Assembly (NCBI RefSeq): GCF_047663525.1
Contig: NC_092587.1
Coordinates: 189,059,457 to 189,123,456 of the forward strand
Reading direction: 5' to 3'
DNA from: Anas platyrhynchos
Lineage: Eukaryota
DNA length: 64,000 nucleotides
A program made the position numbers and the translations under genes. The notes below the pieces were generated by a model, which ran no database searches, was not told the origin of the DNA, and was given only the letters and a program-made list of their open reading frames with translations. Shown piece after piece: positions 59,217 to 64,000 of this stretch (position 1 is its first letter; the number at the start of each line of letters is the position of its first letter).

Positions 59217-62200
59217 CATTCTGCAAATATGTGTCTGAATTAATTGGTATGTGTAATCATTGGATTTTTTTCTGTAGTACATCCATGTGATTACATGGTA
59301 AGTAGAAAAACAGTTTTCCCCTAAATGTTATGGGAGGGGCTGCACTTGTGTTAAAAGAAGAAAGGGGACCCTCTATCTTACACTAGAAAGGGTCAAAAGC
59401 AGTGTTTGTAGGTAGTAGATGTGCAGGTTTATTGGAAGTAGAATTTCGTCAATGATTTCATAGGATTAACAATTGAATTGTCCAGTTTCTAAGGTTTACA
59501 CAAGCTAGACAAATAATCTTAAAACACTGTGGTCTAACAGGAAGACACTGGTACATGAGGGAGTGCACTGTACTTGCTCTCAGCTCCTCACCCACAGTTT
59601 CTGGCTCATAATATTTTTCTGAAGTATCCCAGGTTTAGGTTATTTATACTATAAAAGCAATCAGGCTTTTCAAGAGCATCAGGCATTTTGTTAGCCAGTA
59701 TGTACATATTAGTGATTTTTAAACTGACCCAATTTGCATAATTTCTGCTGTAACGCTATGGTTAGTATTTTCTTCTCTGAATCTTCTCCTATCATTATAA
59801 GTAGTTAATTTTCTACGACAGTATGAGCTGGCTACTGTCATTCTAGTAAAAGTTTATGTTTACTCATCTTCAGCTAATGTGTTGATCTCATCACTGTGCC
59901 TAAAATGACTTTTTATGACTGGTTAAGGTTGATTGAAACCTATGCTGTTTCTGAAAAGGCGTTCCTGGCCTTTTTCTGGTCCCAGGTGTGTGTTTACTCT
60001 TCCCCTGTGTTACCACTAGTGCTTCTGGCCATGAAGTGAGTTGGATCCATTCCACTTCATGCACACATCCTTGCATTTAACCATGCAGTCAGTGGCTGTT
60101 CTTACATGGGCATTTCCTCATAGTAGCTGTTACTCATTGCTTACATTCAGAAGCTACTATTTATCTGATTCTCTACTCATGAATTCAGTTGCAGAGTGTG
60201 GCATCAGTACTGAAGTGAGGCTGCTTTCATTACATTTTTTTGTTGTTCTTTCTTACAACTTGTAAGAAATTTGCCAAATCTGTCTTCAGATATATTCATA
60301 GTTAAAATATTACATGAAAATTCATAGGTATCAAAGATCTTGATGAAAAGTATTACTGTGATTTTTGTAACACAACTTTTACATTTGAAGCAAGCTCTCA
60401 TCCTCTAATACTCATCTTTCAAGCTTTTAAGTGCGACTGTTCCACTGTCCTTGTTTAAGCTCCAGATGCTTTGCTGTGCAGGGAAGTGGCAGAGGTTGGA
60501 CTGTGAGTGAGCTCTGCCTCTTGTGTTCAGTTGCTGACTTCGGGAGCCCAGCAGAGGTGAGGCTGTTGCAGCTCTGTGCCTCCAGGTCCAGCCACCAGCA
60601 AGGCTGAGCACATATTCCCAATTTTATTTACTTTTATTGAAAAGACTATGACCACGTAGCATGAATAGAGAAAAGATAACTGGAAATAAAGACTCCATAA
60701 ACAAGTAGAAGACATTTTTCTGACTTCAGCTTTCAACTTCTGAAACACAGCATTTTCTAGCAAGGCAGAGAGTTGGGCCCTAATATAGAACTCAGTATCA
60801 CAGAGAGAGACTGCTGTATTCTGTGAGGTCTGACTGAAGGCTTTTGTAGGCACTGAGCTTTATCTGGGGGCTTTTCAATTACATTTATGAGTATGTAGAT
60901 GTCTAAAAGATGTTGACATCTTTCTGAAACGCGTGTTATAGATCAGCCACTCTTACGCTCACAGAAAATGAAATTCTGTCTCTAGGCAAACCAAGTTTTC
61001 TCTTTGATTTCAAAATCTTAAAGAAACTTGGTTTCCCAGTATTTATTTTTTTTTTATATCTGAGATTCTTCTTCATGAAATATTCTTTTTAGTCAAAATC
61101 TTTGGAATATAAATTACTGTTTAGTTAGTACAGAATAGAATGTGTATGTATGTTCTTAGGTTCTAAACACATAGCTGAGAGGAGCATGCTGGTGAGTAGG
61201 CTTGTAATTTGTTTTTACTCAGTCATATAACGTATCTTTAAGCTGCTCCTTTATCGTTGAGATGATTTTAAAATATAGCTCTAAAAATACTAAAGGTACA
61301 CAGAGCCTTCAGGAAACTTTACTAGAGCCTAAGGAATAGCAGTATTTGAATAACATGTGAACCCAACACTGACAAATGCAAAGCAACGCTTTTTGGAGAC
61401 AAATATTTCAACTGCATACATGCTTGTGTATTCCAGAACAACCAGAAGCTCTCCAGGAAAGAAAAAAAATAACACCAAACAACAAAGCATGGCTCTGTGC
61501 AGCTGCTTTCTGAAACCAAGTGGGATGAGAGACTACATTAATGGTGTTTCCATAGTCTGTGGAATATAATGTTGCAGAAAATATTGTAATGCACCATGCT
61601 GAGAAGACTGCATGTAGTTTTGACTGCCATAGATCTGCTCATGCATGGAGGAACAACTCGAGCCATGTTTCACACAGCTTGTTTGCAAGACAGTGAAGAC
61701 ACAGTAACCTGGGCAACCAGATGGTCTGGTTTACAGTCCACAGTGAAGCTTGCAGTGTTGTCTTTTTTTTGTGTATTACTGTCCAAACTAACTGGATCCA
61801 GGGTAGTTATACGCAAATTGTAACCACATGCCACACTGTAGCATGTTTGTTTTTCAAAGATGAAAATTATTAGCTAGTCAAATTCAGAGGTCTTGGAGGC
61901 AAAGGCTTAAGAGAAACATAACCACTCTGTTATGTCTGTGTGGTCTCTTCTTCTATCAGTAGAGATTCTGTATGAAAAACATGCTAGGAGGGAGATTTGG
62001 TCATAACATGCGCTGCAAATTCGTGTGCTAAGGCTATGAGTAGTCAGAATGACTCACCTGAAATGGGCAGAGAAAATATTTATTCTGTTTTCCTTCAAGG
62101 TCTTTCTGGTCAACATCTATGCATTATACACCATGATGGAGTCTGAGATAAATGCCATGATCTGGTCCTATGATTAAGAGAACAAACATTGACTGGGATA

Positions 62201-64000
62201 GTAATACTGGTTTTATTTGTGAAAATGGGAAGAATGTGAGATACAAAGCTGTGCCAGGGGAGGTTCAGACTGGACATTAGGAAAAATTTCTTTACCATGA
62301 GGGTTGTCAGAACAGGACAACCTGGAACAGGCTGCTTAATGATACAGTTGATGCCCCTTTGTAGGTGGAATTACCCTAGAGACACGGTTCTGCCATGACC
62401 TTCATCCAGTAAGCTATATGCCTAACTTTAGGACTATTAAAATTTTTCTTCAATCAGTTTGCATCTTTGAAGCCAAAAGGACTATTCATATCTCTAGGCT
62501 AGGTATTCATGTTTAAATATCTTGTTTAGCAATGATTTTTGTATAGTGTACCTGATTTTCATTTCATTAGTTAGTTTGTTTGTAAAGGCACATTCAGGAT
62601 CTGGAACTGTGATTATAAATTTGTGAATCTCACTTTTGTTTTTAATCAGTTTCTGGGCATTTCCCAGTTTTGATTTTCATGTTGTAAAGGCTGAGGTTAG
62701 GCACATCACAGGAGATGCTAGATGAAAGACCTGAATATGAGAGCAGGTCAAATACCATGGGGAAGCTGAAATTCTGTTAGTCTCAGTGCATTTGGCTCTA
62801 TCTATTGGGGATGAGACTTACCAGATACTACATGTGACATCAAATCTGTCAGCTCCCCTTACTTCCCTTTTGGATTTTAGTAGTTCCTATTTCAACAGTC
62901 AATGGTGCTAGAGCTGGTGCTGTATACACTCTTACATATATAGTTTTCAAACAGAAACTGTGTCAAGTTTTCATTTGTTTTAATTTGTGGGAGACTGACC
63001 ATTGTAAAATCAATGTGAGAGCATAAAAGGAAACTTTCCTTAGTAGGAAGAACATCTCTAAGAACAATCTGAACACGTGATGATACATGTTTTCATCTCT
63101 TGAAGCAACCAGAAAATTAAAAATTCTTAAAGTTAAAATTGTCCTGTATTTTTCAGAGTCTGAAATGAGGATTCATTTGGACGAATGCTTTTGCATTATT
63201 AATTAATTCTCAATTTCTTCAATAAATATAATGGTGTCTTTATTCATGCATGGATTTGCTTTTGTAGAGGACTAAATTGTGAGAAGATTATAGGAATCAC
63301 ACCTATGAAAGATGAAAGTATCAGCAGTACTCTTTCAGTCTTTGTACAGAAAGAGAGTTTCAGCAGTTCAAGATGCAAATATGCAACGAGGCTCCCTTCA
63401 CAGCAGATTGTTCAAAATACGATTTACCATGTGCATAAGCTTCTCAGACATCACACTGGGCTGCTCAGTTTTGGACTCTCCTGCTGGAATTCTCTGGAAG
63501 TCAAATCCAGCAGCTTCTTTGTCTATTATAACCAACACACATAAAATAGTTGATTTCTTAATAAGGCATTTAGAGGATTTACTAGTTAGGATTCTTCATA
63601 TGCATTGAAAATGGGGATTGATGAAGGGAGGGTAAGGACTATTCCAATGGTTAATAAAGTTGTGTCTGATGGTTTTGAGATTGGATGTTGAAACTCCTGA
63701 ACTGAGAGTTCAGTACAGTAATCCTCCAGTAACTCCTTGTATGACCTCGGACAAGTTAGTTATTCTGTCATCAACTCCCCTTGCATATTTCGTCTGTTTT
63801 GTGATGTTTTGTCCAAAACTGTGGACAAAGGAGTTGGATGGTTAGTAGGAGTGGTAATACCCATGGGAAATAGCACATAATTCTGGCTCTAAATTCTGTT
63901 GCTTTACCAATAGTTGTGATGTTGCTTAACTGAACAGGATTACTTCCCTGTTCCACACCCATTCCAATCCCTGGCATTGTAATTACTATCAATTCTGCCT

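Noticed and set aside
56000-64000. Expected a neighbouring ion-pump gene (ATP12A lies beside RNF17 in human)
   Set aside because: No P-type ATPase-like exons are visible. The X,K-ATPase alpha-subunit C-terminal motif (…ETYY) is absent, and the open frames seen do not resemble ATPase sequence. The gene, if syntenic, must lie beyond the window.

Overview
This window is vertebrate nuclear DNA and almost certainly avian. It carries several CR1 LINE fragments with the avian-type (ATTCTRTG)-like 3' ends, has an AT-rich intronic background, and encodes multi-exon genes with GT-AG introns. It is not a prokaryotic locus, so operon, CRISPR or defence-island logic does not apply, and I found no exotic 'system'. 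Two protein-coding genes lie tail to tail. (1) The 3' part of CENPJ/CPAP is on the + strand. It comprises 11 coding exons, from a large exon that is truncated at the window start through the five exons that encode the C-terminal G-box/TCP10 domain with its repeated YPDG motif. The stop codon is at 8873-8875 and an AATAAA signal sits at 8989-8994. (2) RNF17 (TDRD4), a germline multi-Tudor protein, is on the - strand. I reconstructed about 33 coding exons by six-frame translation, GT-AG boundaries and exon-phase bookkeeping, with the stop at 11968-11970. Five Tudor-domain units are each spread over 4-5 exons. The proposed promoter is a CpG island at about 55540-55900 with two NF-Y-type CCAAT boxes, a putative noncoding exon 1, and an ATG-containing exon 2 at about 55254-55291. 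The CENPJ-RNF17 convergent arrangement matches the human 13q12 synteny (established knowledge, not checked by search). Other features are CR1 fragments, a possible solo LTR, a 1.4-kb TE-like block, long poly-T/poly-A tracts, a 29-bp tandem duplication and a 44-bp near-perfect palindrome. All gene calls rest on translation and splice-signal reading done by eye. Exact boundaries of some exons, especially the RNF17 N-terminal/RING region, remain uncertain and need spliced-transcript evidence.
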